Source: an uncultured Gammaproteobacteria bacterium (lineage in GTDB: Bacteria > Patescibacteriota > Microgenomatia > Woykebacterales > RBG-16-39-9b). From it: a DNA stretch of 64,000 bases. The stretch spans positions 28,107 through 92,106 of the forward strand of contig CAYHXX010000002.1 in NCBI GenBank assembly GCA_964360785.1. Direction: 5' to 3'. This document shows positions 48,639 through 59,911 of the stretch, piece after piece; within the stretch, counting starts at the first letter, position 1, and the number at the start of each line of letters is the position of its first letter. The notes below the pieces were generated by a model. It saw only the letters and a list, made by a program, of their open reading frames with translations. It did no database searches and was not told the DNA's origin. A program made the translations under genes and the position numbers.

Positions 48639-49748
48639 ATGGAGTATCTTTTTTCTTTCCTAGTAGCCTTCTTAATTTCGTTTTTTATAACTCCTGCGTG
48701 TATCTCGTTAGCTAAAAAGTTTGGTTTTGTTGACCAACCAACGCGACCCCATCCTGCAATTTTGCATAAAAATATTTTACCTCGAGGAGGGGGCGTACCG
48801 GTACTAATCGCCCTCCTAATATCACTTAGCGTTGTCATTTTGTTCAGCTCACAACTCCAACTGACCAAGGCTTTGGTGGGAATTGTAACCGCCTCTGTGT
48901 TTCTTGTCGGCCTGGGTCTTGCTGATGACAAATACGACCTCAACCCCTATATGCGACTAGGCGCCAATGTGCTTATTGTTTTGATTGTGGTTGCCTCTGG
49001 TATTGGTATCAGCTCGTTTACGAATCCTTTTGGAGGCATTATTAACCTGGATACCATTGTTTTTCACTTTAATTTAGGAGAAAACTTTCTTTTTCTTGCT
49101 GGGCCACACTCAATTGTTGTCTTAGCTGATTTAGTTGCTCTCTTTTGGATCATTTGGCTTATGAATGCAATGAACTGGTCCAGTGGTATTGATGGCCAAC
49201 TAACCGGTACTGCTGTTATTGCTTTAGGCCTACTTGGTTTTGTTTCTGCTTCCTTGATCAGTAACGACAGTGTTCAAATCTTGCCAGCGACACTTGCCTT
49301 TGCCGGTGCTGGAGCTTTCCTTGGCTTTCTACCTTCTAGTTTTTACCCACAGAAAATTATGCCTGGCTATGGCGGGGCCGCCTTAGCAGGTTTTTTGATA
49401 GCGGTACTAGCAATACTTGCAGGAGCCAAACTTGCCTCGGTACTATTGATAATCTTAATCCCTCTTATCGATAGTCTTTGGACAGTAACAAGAAGGGTTC
49501 TTGGCCGCCATTCGCCGGTGTGGGGGGATAGCTTTCACCTTCACCATCAGCTCTTGCGTATGGGTTGGAGTGTTCCCCAGATCTGTTTTCTTTATTACAG
49601 TGTGACCTTCGTTTTTGGTCTGCTCGCGCTCAACCTGGACTCAGAAGGCAAATTTTTTGCAATTGCCATACTCGGTGCGTTAATATTCTCGAGTCTATTT
49701 ACAATTTTTGTATTAGCCAGAAAGCTGGACCTAAGAAGAAATGCATAA
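48639..49748 (+). CDS. MraY/WecA-family polyprenyl-phosphate sugar-1-phosphate transferase
   Basis: PRGGG, GLADD, NAMNW..GIDG, HLHH. Confidence 0.9.
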   Translation: MEYLFSFLVAFLISFFITPACISLAKKFGFVDQPTRPHPAILHKNILPRGGGVPVLIALLISLSVVILFSSQLQLTKALVGIVTASVFLVGLGLADDKYDLNPYMRLGANVLIVLIVVASGIGISSFTNPFGGIINLDTIVFHFNLGENFLFLAGPHSIVVLADLVALFWIIWLMNAMNWSSGIDGQLTGTAVIALGLLGFVSASLISNDSVQILPATLAFAGAGAFLGFLPSSFYPQKIMPGYGGAALAGFLIAVLAILAGAKLASVLLIILIPLIDSLWTVTRRVLGRHSPVWGDSFHLHHQLLRMGWSVPQICFLYYSVTFVFGLLALNLDSEGKFFAIAILGALIFSSLFTIFVLARKLDLRRNA

Positions 49749-50676
49749 GTTTTTCGATCAATCTTATTATTTGCTTATTTCACTTCGCCCCCGTCAATGG
49801 TTAAAGAACTTGAGTGTTTTCGCCGCTATTTTCTTCGGTGGTCGTTTTTTTGATCTAGCGGATTTCCAAACAACTTCTCTTGTTTTTATCATCTTTTGCT
49901 TACAGTCCTCCGCTGTCTATTTACTTAACGATGTTATTGATATCAAGGCCGATCAAAGCCACTTTTCAAAAAGGGAGCGTCCAATAGCAAAGGGTTTGAT
50001 TTCTCCCCGTATAGCAATCACAAGCGGTGTATTACTTTCCAGTTTTAGTTTGTTTTTGAGTTACCAAGTTTCTGACTTGGTCTTTTTGACAAATCTAATT
50101 TTTCTTGGCACTCAGGTTATTTATAGTCTGTACCTTAAGCAGGTAATTATTTTTGATATCCTCGCTATTTCCTTGACATTTATGCTCAGAGTTTTTGCCG
50201 GCTCTTTCGCAATTAGTGAACCACTCTCTGCCTGGTTGATACTAACCGTGATGATGCTATCACTATTTCTAGCAATTGGAAAAAGGCGTAGTGAAGTAAC
50301 CTTACTAAGCTTTCAACAGGCAGTGGAACATAGAAAAATATTGTCTCACTACCCACTAAATCTGCTTGATGGTTTGGTTTTTATGATGGCAACTTCAAGT
50401 TTATTAACTTACAGTCTTTTCACATTCAACACTGGGCGGACAACCAATACAAACTTTTTGGGGGACTATCTACCGATAACACTGGCAAACCCGCGCTGGT
50501 TAATGCTCACTATTCCTTTTGTTGTCTACGGAATTTTTCGTTACCTTTATTTGATATTTGAGAAAAAAGAAGGAGAATCACCAGAAAAAGTACTCTTGAC
50601 TGACACACCCCTTTTTACAACAGTTCTTTCTTGGATCCTTCTTACATTTGTAGTTATCTACGTTTTTGGAGCCTAA
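49741..50676 (+). CDS. UbiA-family (decaprenyl-phosphate phosphoribosyltransferase-like) protein
   Basis: RPRQWLKN, YLLND..D..AD..H..K..RPIA.G, KRRSE. Confidence 0.9.
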   Translation: MHKFFDQSYYLLISLRPRQWLKNLSVFAAIFFGGRFFDLADFQTTSLVFIIFCLQSSAVYLLNDVIDIKADQSHFSKRERPIAKGLISPRIAITSGVLLSSFSLFLSYQVSDLVFLTNLIFLGTQVIYSLYLKQVIIFDILAISLTFMLRVFAGSFAISEPLSAWLILTVMMLSLFLAIGKRRSEVTLLSFQQAVEHRKILSHYPLNLLDGLVFMMATSSLLTYSLFTFNTGRTTNTNFLGDYLPITLANPRWLMLTIPFVVYGIFRYLYLIFEKKEGESPEKVLLTDTPLFTTVLSWILLTFVVIYVFGA

Positions 50677-51188
50677 TTCCGGTTTACGAATTTATAGTAA
50701 GCGAAGGTAAGAGCTACAGTAATTGCCAAACTCATCCCCAATACAAATTTCGAACTTAACCCTTGATAAACATTTACTAAAATAAAAAATAGTATTAGCC
50801 AAGACAACACTAACCAAACAGTTGCAGTGTGGTAAATTGATCCAGTTGTCGTCAACCAAAATTCTTTACCTTTACTGTAAAGTTTGCTTATCAGCGTCGG
50901 GTGAGTAGTATCAATATTGAGATGATTTGCTTGAAAAAGTGCCCAACTAAAACCTATTCCACAAGCTAGCATAGTTAAGGTATCAGAAAAATTTACCAAA
51001 GTAGATAAATCCTCTTCGCTATTAAACTGTAGGATTAGGAAATTATTTTCAGACCCTGCGAAATTAGTTTTCCAAGCAATATTAAAAAGTATGCTACCGA
51101 CAAAGATACCTAATATCTTAGTTGCGATTAGGATTACAGATGGTAGTATCGCGCGATCAACTACCCTGATAGCAGAAATTCGGGGCAT
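50673..51188 (-). CDS. Hypothetical membrane protein
   Basis: About 4 TM helices; start probably ATG 51188. Confidence 0.7.
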   Translation of the reverse strand: MPRISAIRVVDRAILPSVILIATKILGIFVGSILFNIAWKTNFAGSENNFLILQFNSEEDLSTLVNFSDTLTMLACGIGFSWALFQANHLNIDTTHPTLISKLYSKGKEFWLTTTGSIYHTATVWLVLSWLILFFILVNVYQGLSSKFVLGMSLAITVALTFAYYKFVNRN

Positions 51189-51276
51189 ATACTTGAGACT
51201 AACAATTTTTGCGCCCTTAGACAAGTGAGACAGAATTTGCTATCCTACCATGAGAATTTAATTGCACGGTTAGCAT

Positions 51277-52158
51277 ATGGCTAAGAAGCTGCTCTTCTTC
51301 TTTTTTCTAATAACTACTCTAGGTGCCTTGGTTTTCTTCGTCTTCAACTGGGTAATACCTTTTCTACAGCCAAATATCGGACAGCTTTCGGTCAATACGC
51401 CATTTCAAAGTTCCACTGCTTTTTTAGATAACAAAAAACTTGGGGCCACTCCTTTTTATTCCAAAAACTTGAAGATCGGGGATCACACCCTAACTATCGA
51501 ATCAGAGGAAACAAAATGGGAAACAAAGACCACACTTTCCTCTGGAACCTTTAATACTTTGGATATCAACATCACCAAGGCAGAAGAGTTTATCTCGGGA
51601 GAGAATTTATTTTTTCGAAAGGGCCAGAAAAGTTTAGTGGTAACTTCAAAACCACAAGGGGTAAAGGTTTTCCTCGACAATAAGGAAAAAGGCTCTACCC
51701 CCATAAAACTCGAGCCTTCGGAAGGCGTCTCGACCTTAATTTTGAAAAAAGATGGTTATCTTAGCCGTGAAATAAATCCAAATGTAGTTAACGGCTACCG
51801 ACTGACAGTTAATGTCTTTTTGTCAGTTGACCCGTTTGGAACCACAAAGAAACTGGATGCAAATTCAAAAATAGCCTTGTTTTCCCTGCACAATAATTTC
51901 ATTAATTTATCAAAATCATATTCTGACTGGGCCGAGGGTGTGGAGTTTACTCAACGCCAGCTTGGCAGCACCGACACCCGGTTTGATCTCCTGATTGACC
52001 CAGGTGGTAAAACTTACATTCTTGATGAAACTTCATGGAAGAATAAACTCGCTACCAAAGCGGTTGCAAATGTTGGTTACCTGGCCACGAAACAAAATGA
52101 TACTTTATCTGAAAAAGCCAATTCCGAATGGCAGAAACTGAAAACCCAATTCAACTAA
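51277..52158 (+). CDS. PEGA-domain protein
   Basis: TM plus two PEGA-like repeats (V.S.PQG.KVFLD...G.TP; KKDGY). Confidence 0.85.
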   Translation: MAKKLLFFFFLITTLGALVFFVFNWVIPFLQPNIGQLSVNTPFQSSTAFLDNKKLGATPFYSKNLKIGDHTLTIESEETKWETKTTLSSGTFNTLDINITKAEEFISGENLFFRKGQKSLVVTSKPQGVKVFLDNKEKGSTPIKLEPSEGVSTLILKKDGYLSREINPNVVNGYRLTVNVFLSVDPFGTTKKLDANSKIALFSLHNNFINLSKSYSDWAEGVEFTQRQLGSTDTRFDLLIDPGGKTYILDETSWKNKLATKAVANVGYLATKQNDTLSEKANSEWQKLKTQFN

Positions 52159-52198
52159 CGGATCTCGCTGTGATATAATCCGAACCTACTGATAGCTT

Positions 52199-52272
52199 GG
52201 CGTCGTGACCGAGTGGCTAGGTAGAGGTCTGCAAAACCTTTTACAGCGGTTCGAATCCGCTCGACGCCTCCA
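52199..52272 (+). tRNA. tRNA-Cys (GCA)
   Basis: GGCGTCG/CGACGCC, U73, CCA; anticodon arm GAGGT-CTGCAAA-ACCTT. Confidence 0.96.
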
Positions 52273-52286
52273 ATTTTACGGTTCGC

Positions 52287-52319
52287 TCCCGATGCAATCG
52301 GGATTGGATGCGAAGCATC
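52287..52319. repeat. Short palindromes TCCCGAT-GCA-ATCGGGA and GATGC-GAA-GCATC (REP-like)
   Basis: Perfect inverted repeats just after tRNA-Cys. Confidence 0.6.
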
Positions 52320-52390
52320 TGCTTCCCCTCCGCACCTCCAAACTTGACATCCTATAACTATTCTGTTAGACTACGTTCGTCCTTCCAATC

Positions 52391-53140
52391 TTGTGGAAGG
52401 ATTTTTTGTTTCCCCCGATTTATTCGGGGTCTATGATAAAAACTTATCTATCTGCTCTCACTGTCTTTTTACCTGCTGTCTCAAAAATTAATACTTTAGT
52501 AAGGGCCTTTTCAAACACGGTCGCTACTGCATTAGCTCTAACCTTCAAAGTTCTCTCCAAGCTACGTCGAATAGGAATATTTCTTTTCCAAAAACAACTC
52601 TCTTCCACTTTCACTATTTCAAAGTTTGCACGACTCCCAGTCGTTAGCCTTCTTATCCTTTTATTTCTAGCCATTGGTCCTCACACCAGTGTATTAGCCG
52701 GTTGGGAGGAAAAAGTAGTTCCCGACAATCACACCATTCTTGGCCAAAAAATTACTGATGAAATTAGAGCAGTGGAAATACCAAAGTTTCATCGACCTGT
52801 TGAAATAAGCTATATCTCTACCTATTTTTCTCGGTATCACCAAGGTATTGATTTACCCAATTTCTTCGGGGCACCAGTCAGACCCAGCGCGGGGGGAGTA
52901 GTTACTTTTGCTGGTTGGTCAAATCTCGGTTATGGAAATTTGGTTATTGTCCGTCATGAGCTTGGTTATGAATCTTTGTATGCACACTTGTCTGACACTT
53001 CGATTAAAGAAGGGGCCGTTGTAACTTCTGAATCGATTATCGGTAGGGTGGGATCAACTGGAGTTGCTTCTGGAAATCATCTTCACCTTGAAATTCACTT
53101 CAAGGGAAACCCGATCAATCCTTTGACTTTGATTCCTTAG
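52391..53140 (+). CDS. M23 family metallopeptidase
   Basis: HQGID, YGN, YAHL, STG..SGNHLHLE; start uncertain; upstream TTGACA-17-TAGACT. Confidence 0.9.
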   Translation: MWKDFLFPPIYSGSMIKTYLSALTVFLPAVSKINTLVRAFSNTVATALALTFKVLSKLRRIGIFLFQKQLSSTFTISKFARLPVVSLLILLFLAIGPHTSVLAGWEEKVVPDNHTILGQKITDEIRAVEIPKFHRPVEISYISTYFSRYHQGIDLPNFFGAPVRPSAGGVVTFAGWSNLGYGNLVIVRHELGYESLYAHLSDTSIKEGAVVTSESIIGRVGSTGVASGNHLHLEIHFKGNPINPLTLIP

Positions 53141-53874
53141 ATTAGTAGGTAGATCTTGGCTTTTTTCTGAAGTTCGTCGTACCAAGACTGAAATTTCTCG
53201 TTCAATTTCTCGTTCTGCAATTGGTCTTTGACCGCGTTTCGATCTTTGATATCAACTCCCAAGGAAGAATTGTCCTTGTTGTTAGCAATATACTCATCGA
53301 TTTCTTTGTCCTCAACTTTGATTTTGTCTTTCAGGAGTTTTTCGACGAGTAGTTGGATCCTGATTTGGTTTTTGAATTCTGTTTCTGAAATACCTCTTGA
53401 TTCCAAGGCTTGCTTAAGCTGCTCTTTACCACCTAGTTGTTTTTCAATTTCCCCGGTCTTCTTATCGAGATCTTCTTGGGAGAGCACAATTCCGTTCTTG
53501 TTGGCTTCTTGACTGATGAGTTTGTCTCTGACTATTTGATTCAAGATTTCTTTGTTATCCTTGGCTTTGAGGTTTTGGTAGTATTCAACAGTTGTTATAG
53601 GTTGGTTGTTTACCACGGCTGCCACAAACCAGTTTTTCTTAAAAAAGAGGAATGCACCCAAAGCGACGACTACCAAAGTGATAGCTAGATAACGAGTATA
53701 AAGTGTGCGGTTGTTGGAAATGTTCTTACGAATTGCAGAGTAGACTGCTTTTGGCGAAAATCTCGCCTCTTTGGCCTTGTTAGTTTTCTTCGCTACAGGC
53801 GAAGCTTTTGTAGTGGCTTTCTTTGTTTTGCTTTTAGTAGCTTCTGACGTGGTTTCTTTCTTTTTAGTTGCCAT
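53137..53874 (-). CDS. SurA N-terminal domain / PrsA-like foldase
   Basis: VAAVVNNQPIT, LI.QEA...GI, W..EL.KKAKI. Confidence 0.85.
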   Translation of the reverse strand: MATKKKETTSEATKSKTKKATTKASPVAKKTNKAKEARFSPKAVYSAIRKNISNNRTLYTRYLAITLVVVALGAFLFFKKNWFVAAVVNNQPITTVEYYQNLKAKDNKEILNQIVRDKLISQEANKNGIVLSQEDLDKKTGEIEKQLGGKEQLKQALESRGISETEFKNQIRIQLLVEKLLKDKIKVEDKEIDEYIANNKDNSSLGVDIKDRNAVKDQLQNEKLNEKFQSWYDELQKKAKIYLLI

Positions 53875-53930
53875 AGGATGAGATTTATTCTAAAACATCC
53901 TTTAGCAATTTTTCAAGGGGTACTTTTGAA

Positions 53931-54183
53931 AATGAAAAACGACAGCAAGCTTGTAGGCTAACGCTGTCGTTTGTTTCTAGTCGTCCGGGTCTCCATTCTG
54001 CCGTGTCAGAATTTCGCGGAGACCCGGTATAGGCGAACGAAACCAGTCTTCTGATCCATCTCCATCTGTTGCAACACCTTTTGAGTCAAGCTCGAAGGTG
54101 GAACAGACTTCATCGACGGACCAGTCGCTCTGTCGCTGCCTCGCTCCTCATTAAGGATTAACACGGTACATCCTGGGTGCGGA
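53931..54183 (-). ncRNA. Structured about 250-nt transcript with micro-ORFs (13 aa 54110-54151; 35 aa 54006-54113)
   Basis: Promoter 54188-54216; stems CCGGGTCTCC/GGAGACCCGG and CACCTT/AAGGTG; terminator AAACGACAGC/GCTGTCGTTT. Confidence 0.45.
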
Positions 54184-54187
54184 CTAC

Positions 54188-54226
54188 AATATAACATAAA
54201 ATTAAGAGTTTGTCAATACTATGGGT
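54188..54226 (-). promoter_or_regulatory. sigma70 promoter with upstream ACCCATAGT box
   Basis: ACCCATAGTA-TTGACA-17-TATATT. Confidence 0.75.
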
Positions 54227-54249
54227 TACAGTTGTTTACTTTAGTTACG

Positions 54250-54278
54250 AAAAAAGGGCCTCATCAGAAGCCCTTTTT
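54250..54278 (-). terminator. groEL terminator (bidirectional)
   Basis: AAAAAAGGGC...GCCCTTTTT. Confidence 0.8.
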
Positions 54279-54312
54279 CTTGACACATGCAACTTGCTAC
54301 TTGTAACTTAGT

Positions 54313-55950
<1,638 letters not shown>

Positions 55951-56030
55951 CTAAAATATCGATCGTAATACTAATTCTTTGTTTCTCAGAAACAACTTTC
56001 TGATCGATATAATTTACCTCCTTTAAATTA

Positions 56031-56324
56031 TTAATCTACTATTGCCATTACATCTTCAAACTTAACCAATTTGAATTCCTCACCATCAAGTTTGAGCTCA
56101 TCGCCACCCCATTTTTTGTAAATTACAGTGTCCCCAACACTAAACTCCGCTTTCTCTTCGTGTTCGGGGTGTTTGATCGGGGAACCAACGGCAATAACCT
56201 TACCTTTGGCTGGTCGTTCTTGAGCATTGTCTGGTAAATAGATCCCGGAAGCGGTCTTCTCAACTGCTTCTTCTGGTTTTATTAACGCATAACCAGCAAG
56301 CGGCTTTAATGTAACTTTTGACAT
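56031..56324 (-). CDS. groS: Co-chaperonin GroES
   Basis: LKPL, EKTASGIYLPD.A.E.P, V.AVG. Confidence 0.97.
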   Translation of the reverse strand: MSKVTLKPLAGYALIKPEEAVEKTASGIYLPDNAQERPAKGKVIAVGSPIKHPEHEEKAEFSVGDTVIYKKWGGDELKLDGEEFKLVKFEDVMAIVD

Positions 56325-56367
56325 AAACCTCCTAAAATTAAACTCTTTAAATTGTTAGTGTGGGCAA

Positions 56368-56435
56368 AATCTATAAACAGCACTCTCAACTCTTTTGTGC
56401 TAACGTAGTTTATAGATTCCTGTTTTTGTTGTCAA
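56368..56435 (-). promoter_or_regulatory. CIRCE operator and groES promoter
   Basis: ACAGCACTC-N9-TTGTGCTAA (56377-56403), flanked by AATCTATAAAC/GTTTATAGATT; TTGACA-17-TAAACT. Confidence 0.82.
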
Positions 56436-56447
56436 GGGATACTACTT

Positions 56448-57803
56448 TTAGTTTGCGGTTACCGATGATATCAGGCTGTATTTTTTAAGCACTGCGGTTA
56501 GCTTTTTGTCCAAATCCTTAAGCTGTCCTGAAGCCGATCCACCTGTTTCTACCTCCAAAACTACATTTTTGAATTCGGTTACGATATTGTCATTTAAACC
56601 TTGGTCGTACGTATCACTGTGCAAATACCAACTTCTTGCACTCGGAGCTTGCACAAGGTAGGCCGCCAAGTAGGGGTTGGTTGTCTGCTCTTTGGCCATA
56701 TCGACTCGGGGGAAGGCTCTACCGAAAATATTTTGCTCACTCTCATACTTAAAAACTTCCCGCAAAACTTCCTTTGAAGTCAGGTAGGCGGCTAATTTCC
56801 AACTAGCTTGTTTTTGATTACTTTTTTCCGAAACTCCAATGGCCCAGTAGCTTCCCCAGGTAACAGTTTCCGAATCTGGAAGCTGTGGGGTCGGGGCAAC
56901 ACCAAAATCAAGTTTTAGGTTTTCTTTTTTCAGTGTTTCCAGCAGGGTGTGGATCTTCTCTGCTGGCAAAATAATCATGGCTGTCTTACCCGTAGAGAAA
57001 GCAGCGATACTATTTGGCAAGGTGTTATCCCAGATCTTGTCCTCTTTCGAGAATTTCAGATAGCCATCAACGGCGTCACTGACAAGATTTGTTCCGCGTG
57101 AGCCTTTGTTATCAAGGATATTTAGTTTCCCATTGTTGACAAATGCAACACCGTTTTGCAGCAAAAAGAGCCCAATTATTTCCGAAAAATTCTCAACGTT
57201 GTTTACTGTACCCAAGGCAATTGCTGAGTTGAGGATACGTTGTTTGTCCCGGATAGTGAGGGCTGGACCATAAACTTGACGGAGTTGGGCCCAAGTTGTC
57301 GGTGCCTCTTTGAAGTTGGACGAAGCAAATATTGATTTATTATAAAGCAGGGCAAGCCCATCAATCTCCAAGGGAAATCCTCTGTAAGAACTTCCGAGTT
57401 TCATATCGGTTTTTGTGATTGGGTAAAAAGTTTTTTCGTATTCGATAGCACTCATAACACTCTCTGGGAGCGAGGCTAAGCTTTTGCCCAACTCAGGACC
57501 CCAACCGCTGTGCCACCAAAAAAGGTCTGGGGTAGTATCTTTGTTCACAAGGTCAGCTTTCAAAGTTGGAAAATAATTTTCCTTTTGCCGTTGTTCGTAT
57601 TCAATCGTAATCTCGGGATTTTTTTCTTGAAAGTCTTTTTTTATCGTATTAAAAACTACTGGGTCCCAAAAACCAACTACTTTGAGGAAAATTGGTTTGG
57701 GCTCACTTTCTCTTTTGAATACAAGGGTGAGGATAAAGTAGGTAACTACAAGTGTAATGAGGAATAAAACTATGTAGAGTATTTTTGTCTTGGCAGTAGA
57801 CAT
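56448..57803 (-). CDS. Extracellular solute-binding protein (sugar ABC-type family 1)
   Basis: TM anchor, PD.F, P..DGLALLYNK..F, P.TW, F..GK.AM, SYWA.GVS. Confidence 0.85.
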   Translation of the reverse strand: MSTAKTKILYIVLFLITLVVTYFILTLVFKRESEPKPIFLKVVGFWDPVVFNTIKKDFQEKNPEITIEYEQRQKENYFPTLKADLVNKDTTPDLFWWHSGWGPELGKSLASLPESVMSAIEYEKTFYPITKTDMKLGSSYRGFPLEIDGLALLYNKSIFASSNFKEAPTTWAQLRQVYGPALTIRDKQRILNSAIALGTVNNVENFSEIIGLFLLQNGVAFVNNGKLNILDNKGSRGTNLVSDAVDGYLKFSKEDKIWDNTLPNSIAAFSTGKTAMIILPAEKIHTLLETLKKENLKLDFGVAPTPQLPDSETVTWGSYWAIGVSEKSNQKQASWKLAAYLTSKEVLREVFKYESEQNIFGRAFPRVDMAKEQTTNPYLAAYLVQAPSARSWYLHSDTYDQGLNDNIVTEFKNVVLEVETGGSASGQLKDLDKKLTAVLKKYSLISSVTAN

Positions 57804-57814
57804 GAAATTATTTT

Positions 57815-58687
57815 TTACTTTATTCTGTTTAAGTACTCTTTCAAGGAAGCTGCTATATCTTCTCGTTTCAAACCAAACTCAATATTGGCCTCGATAAATC
57901 CAAGTTTGTCTCCAATGTCATAATAGCGTGCGTTTTCAACTAGTACCGTGTAGACTGGCTCGTTTTTAATTAGTTCTGAGATCGCGTCGGCCAGCCAGAT
58001 TTCACCGGATTTACCAGGTTGCAAGTTGTCTAGATATTTCCAGATCGAGGGTGTAAAAATGTAGGCTCCATGAGTAGCAATGTCGCTTGGCGCCTCATCG
58101 GGGGAGGGTTTTTCAACTATTTTCTCTATTTGGTAGATGTTGCCTTCGATATGCTTTACTTGTGCAATTCCGTATTTACTCAGAGCCGTTTGGTCCGTAA
58201 TTTTAACCCCACTGATCATACTTACTTGATACTTGTCGTAAGCATCGATTAGCTGCTTCAAACGCGGGGGTTCAGAGTAAATAAACTCATCTCCCCAGAC
58301 AACTGCAAAAGGCTCATCTTCAACCAAGGGTTTTGCTGAGATAACCGGGGAAGCGTTACCATAGGGTCCTTTTTGACGAACGTAAATAAAATTCGCCATC
58401 GTCGCAATATTTTTAATCTCTTGTGCTTTTTCAGTTTTTCCAGTTTCGATCAGGAAATCTTCGAAATCTTTACTTCGATCAAAATGGTCCTCAATCGCTC
58501 TTTTGCTGCCCCCCGTAACGATGATGATATCCTTGACTCCTGAGGCTACAATTTCTTCGACGACATACTGGATCACAGGTTTATCCACAATTGGTAACAT
58601 TTCCTTGGGCATGGCTTTGGTTGCCGGTAAAAACCTTGTTCCGAGGCCAGCGGCAGGGATGATTGCTTTGGTGATTTTATTGCTCAT
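57815..58687 (-). CDS. galU: UTP-glucose-1-phosphate uridylyltransferase
   Basis: KAIIPAAGLGTRFLPATKAMPKEMLPIVDKP, IVEKP. Confidence 0.94.
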   Translation of the reverse strand: MSNKITKAIIPAAGLGTRFLPATKAMPKEMLPIVDKPVIQYVVEEIVASGVKDIIIVTGGSKRAIEDHFDRSKDFEDFLIETGKTEKAQEIKNIATMANFIYVRQKGPYGNASPVISAKPLVEDEPFAVVWGDEFIYSEPPRLKQLIDAYDKYQVSMISGVKITDQTALSKYGIAQVKHIEGNIYQIEKIVEKPSPDEAPSDIATHGAYIFTPSIWKYLDNLQPGKSGEIWLADAISELIKNEPVYTVLVENARYYDIGDKLGFIEANIEFGLKREDIAASLKEYLNRIK

Positions 58688-58761
58688 TTTGACGGTTTTT
58701 AATTGTAGTTATGCTATCATAGCAGGAGTAGACAGACAATTGAAGGGAGGTGGAAAAAATA

Positions 58762-59328
58762 ATGATTAAAAATCCTTCACAACGAGTCGGAGTTTTTATA
58801 GATGTCCAAAATCTTTATTACTCGGCCAAAAATTTATATAACGCAAAAGTAAATTTCGGAAAAATACTGGAAAAAGCAGTCGCTGGTCGACAGCTTATCC
58901 GCGCTTTTGCCTACGTAATCAACGCAGATATCCCTGAGCAGCAATCTTTTTTCGAAGCCCTAGCCAAAGCTGGTTTTGAGGTAAAAAGTAAAGATATTCA
59001 GCTATTTCCTGGTGGGGTCAAAAAAGGCGATTGGGATGTCGGTATTGTCATTGATATGATCCGAATGGGAGCAAAACTTGATGTCATGGTGTTGGTTTCT
59101 GGAGATGGGGATTACGTACCAGCTCTTGAGTACTTGCGCAATCAGGGACATTTGATCGAAGTAATTGCTTTTGGAAAAAGTACTAGTGCAAAATTGATTC
59201 TTGAAACAGACGAGTTTATTGACCTTGATCAGGACAGCGCTCACTATCTGATTGCCAATCGAAGGCCGCCTTACGCCAAAAGAGGTTATACAAAACCTCC
59301 CAGCAACGAGTCTTTGTCCGAATTATAG
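58762..59328 (+). CDS. NYN domain (LabA/DUF88) protein
   Basis: VFIDVQNLY, KGDWDVGI.ID, LVSGDGDY. Confidence 0.92.
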   Translation: MIKNPSQRVGVFIDVQNLYYSAKNLYNAKVNFGKILEKAVAGRQLIRAFAYVINADIPEQQSFFEALAKAGFEVKSKDIQLFPGGVKKGDWDVGIVIDMIRMGAKLDVMVLVSGDGDYVPALEYLRNQGHLIEVIAFGKSTSAKLILETDEFIDLDQDSAHYLIANRRPPYAKRGYTKPPSNESLSEL

Positions 59329-59423
59329 AAAGTTCCAAGGAAAAGCAACCAAAACCGCTAGTCTTCTTAGACGCAAGTCTAAAAGAGACTTATAGTGTTG
59401 TTCGGTTTTCTTTGGGTACTCTG

Positions 59424-59484
59424 AAATGAAAAAGCCCGCCCGTACGACCAACCAGCAGGTTGTTTTGTGTCGTACGGAACGGGC
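59424..59484 (-). terminator. Intrinsic terminator
   Basis: GCCCG/CGGGC plus CCGTACGAC/GTCGTACGG followed by TTTTTCATTT on minus strand. Confidence 0.75.
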
Positions 59485-59566
59485 TCTTGTGACTTCCGGT
59501 TCGTGTTCAGCTCGTCAGGGTGATGCCTGAGTTGCTGAGTTCAGTGCCGGCGCCGCGCACGCGAGA

Positions 59567-59635
59567 TCAGCCGGACGCGCCGTCGATCTCCAGGTCGAAC
59601 AAGCTTTCGAAAATCACCTGGGACAACCGTCTCAT
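59567..59635 (-). CDS. Putative 22-aa peptide MRRLSQVIFESLFDLEIDGASG
   Basis: Purine-rich SD GAGGAAAGGA; own promoter and terminator. Confidence 0.45.
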   Translation of the reverse strand: MRRLSQVIFESLFDLEIDGASG

Positions 59636-59692
59636 GAAAGGTATCCTTTCCTCGCTACTGAACCAGTTCACTCGAACCAGTCGATAAAAAAT

Positions 59693-59729
59693 ATTCTAGC
59701 ATATCTTAGCAAATCTGTCAACTATGGGT
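59693..59729 (-). promoter_or_regulatory. sigma70 promoter with upstream ACCCATAG box
   Basis: ACCCATAG-TTGACA-17-TAGAAT. Confidence 0.78.
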
Positions 59730-59747
59730 CTATTGGGATTTTTGTTT

Positions 59748-59837
59748 GGAAATAAAAACGCGGTCAGTGGAAAGCTCATCCGGTACAGCCGATACACAGC
59801 CCGAGCCGGATAATTCTGTTGCCATCCACTAACCGCG
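59748..59837 (-). terminator. Long terminator hairpin
   Basis: CGCGGTTAGTGGA/TCCACTGACCGCG then TTTTTATTT on minus strand. Confidence 0.7.
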
Positions 59838-59911
59838 GCCGACACTATTCGACTGATTGCTGGTCGCAGGAGCACCTACTGGTATGCAGGTGTGTCGGCT
59901 CTGCCCTCGAC

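Noticed and set aside
54006-54197. 63-aa ORF as listed in the ORF track
   Set aside because: Its start lies within the predicted promoter spacer, upstream of the transcription start; only shorter internal ORFs are possible.
59490-59635. TGA recoding (code 4/25) that would extend the micro-ORFs
   Set aside because: Conserved genes here end in TGA with ATGA overlaps (lepA, grpE, tatD, rmuC), so TGA is a stop.
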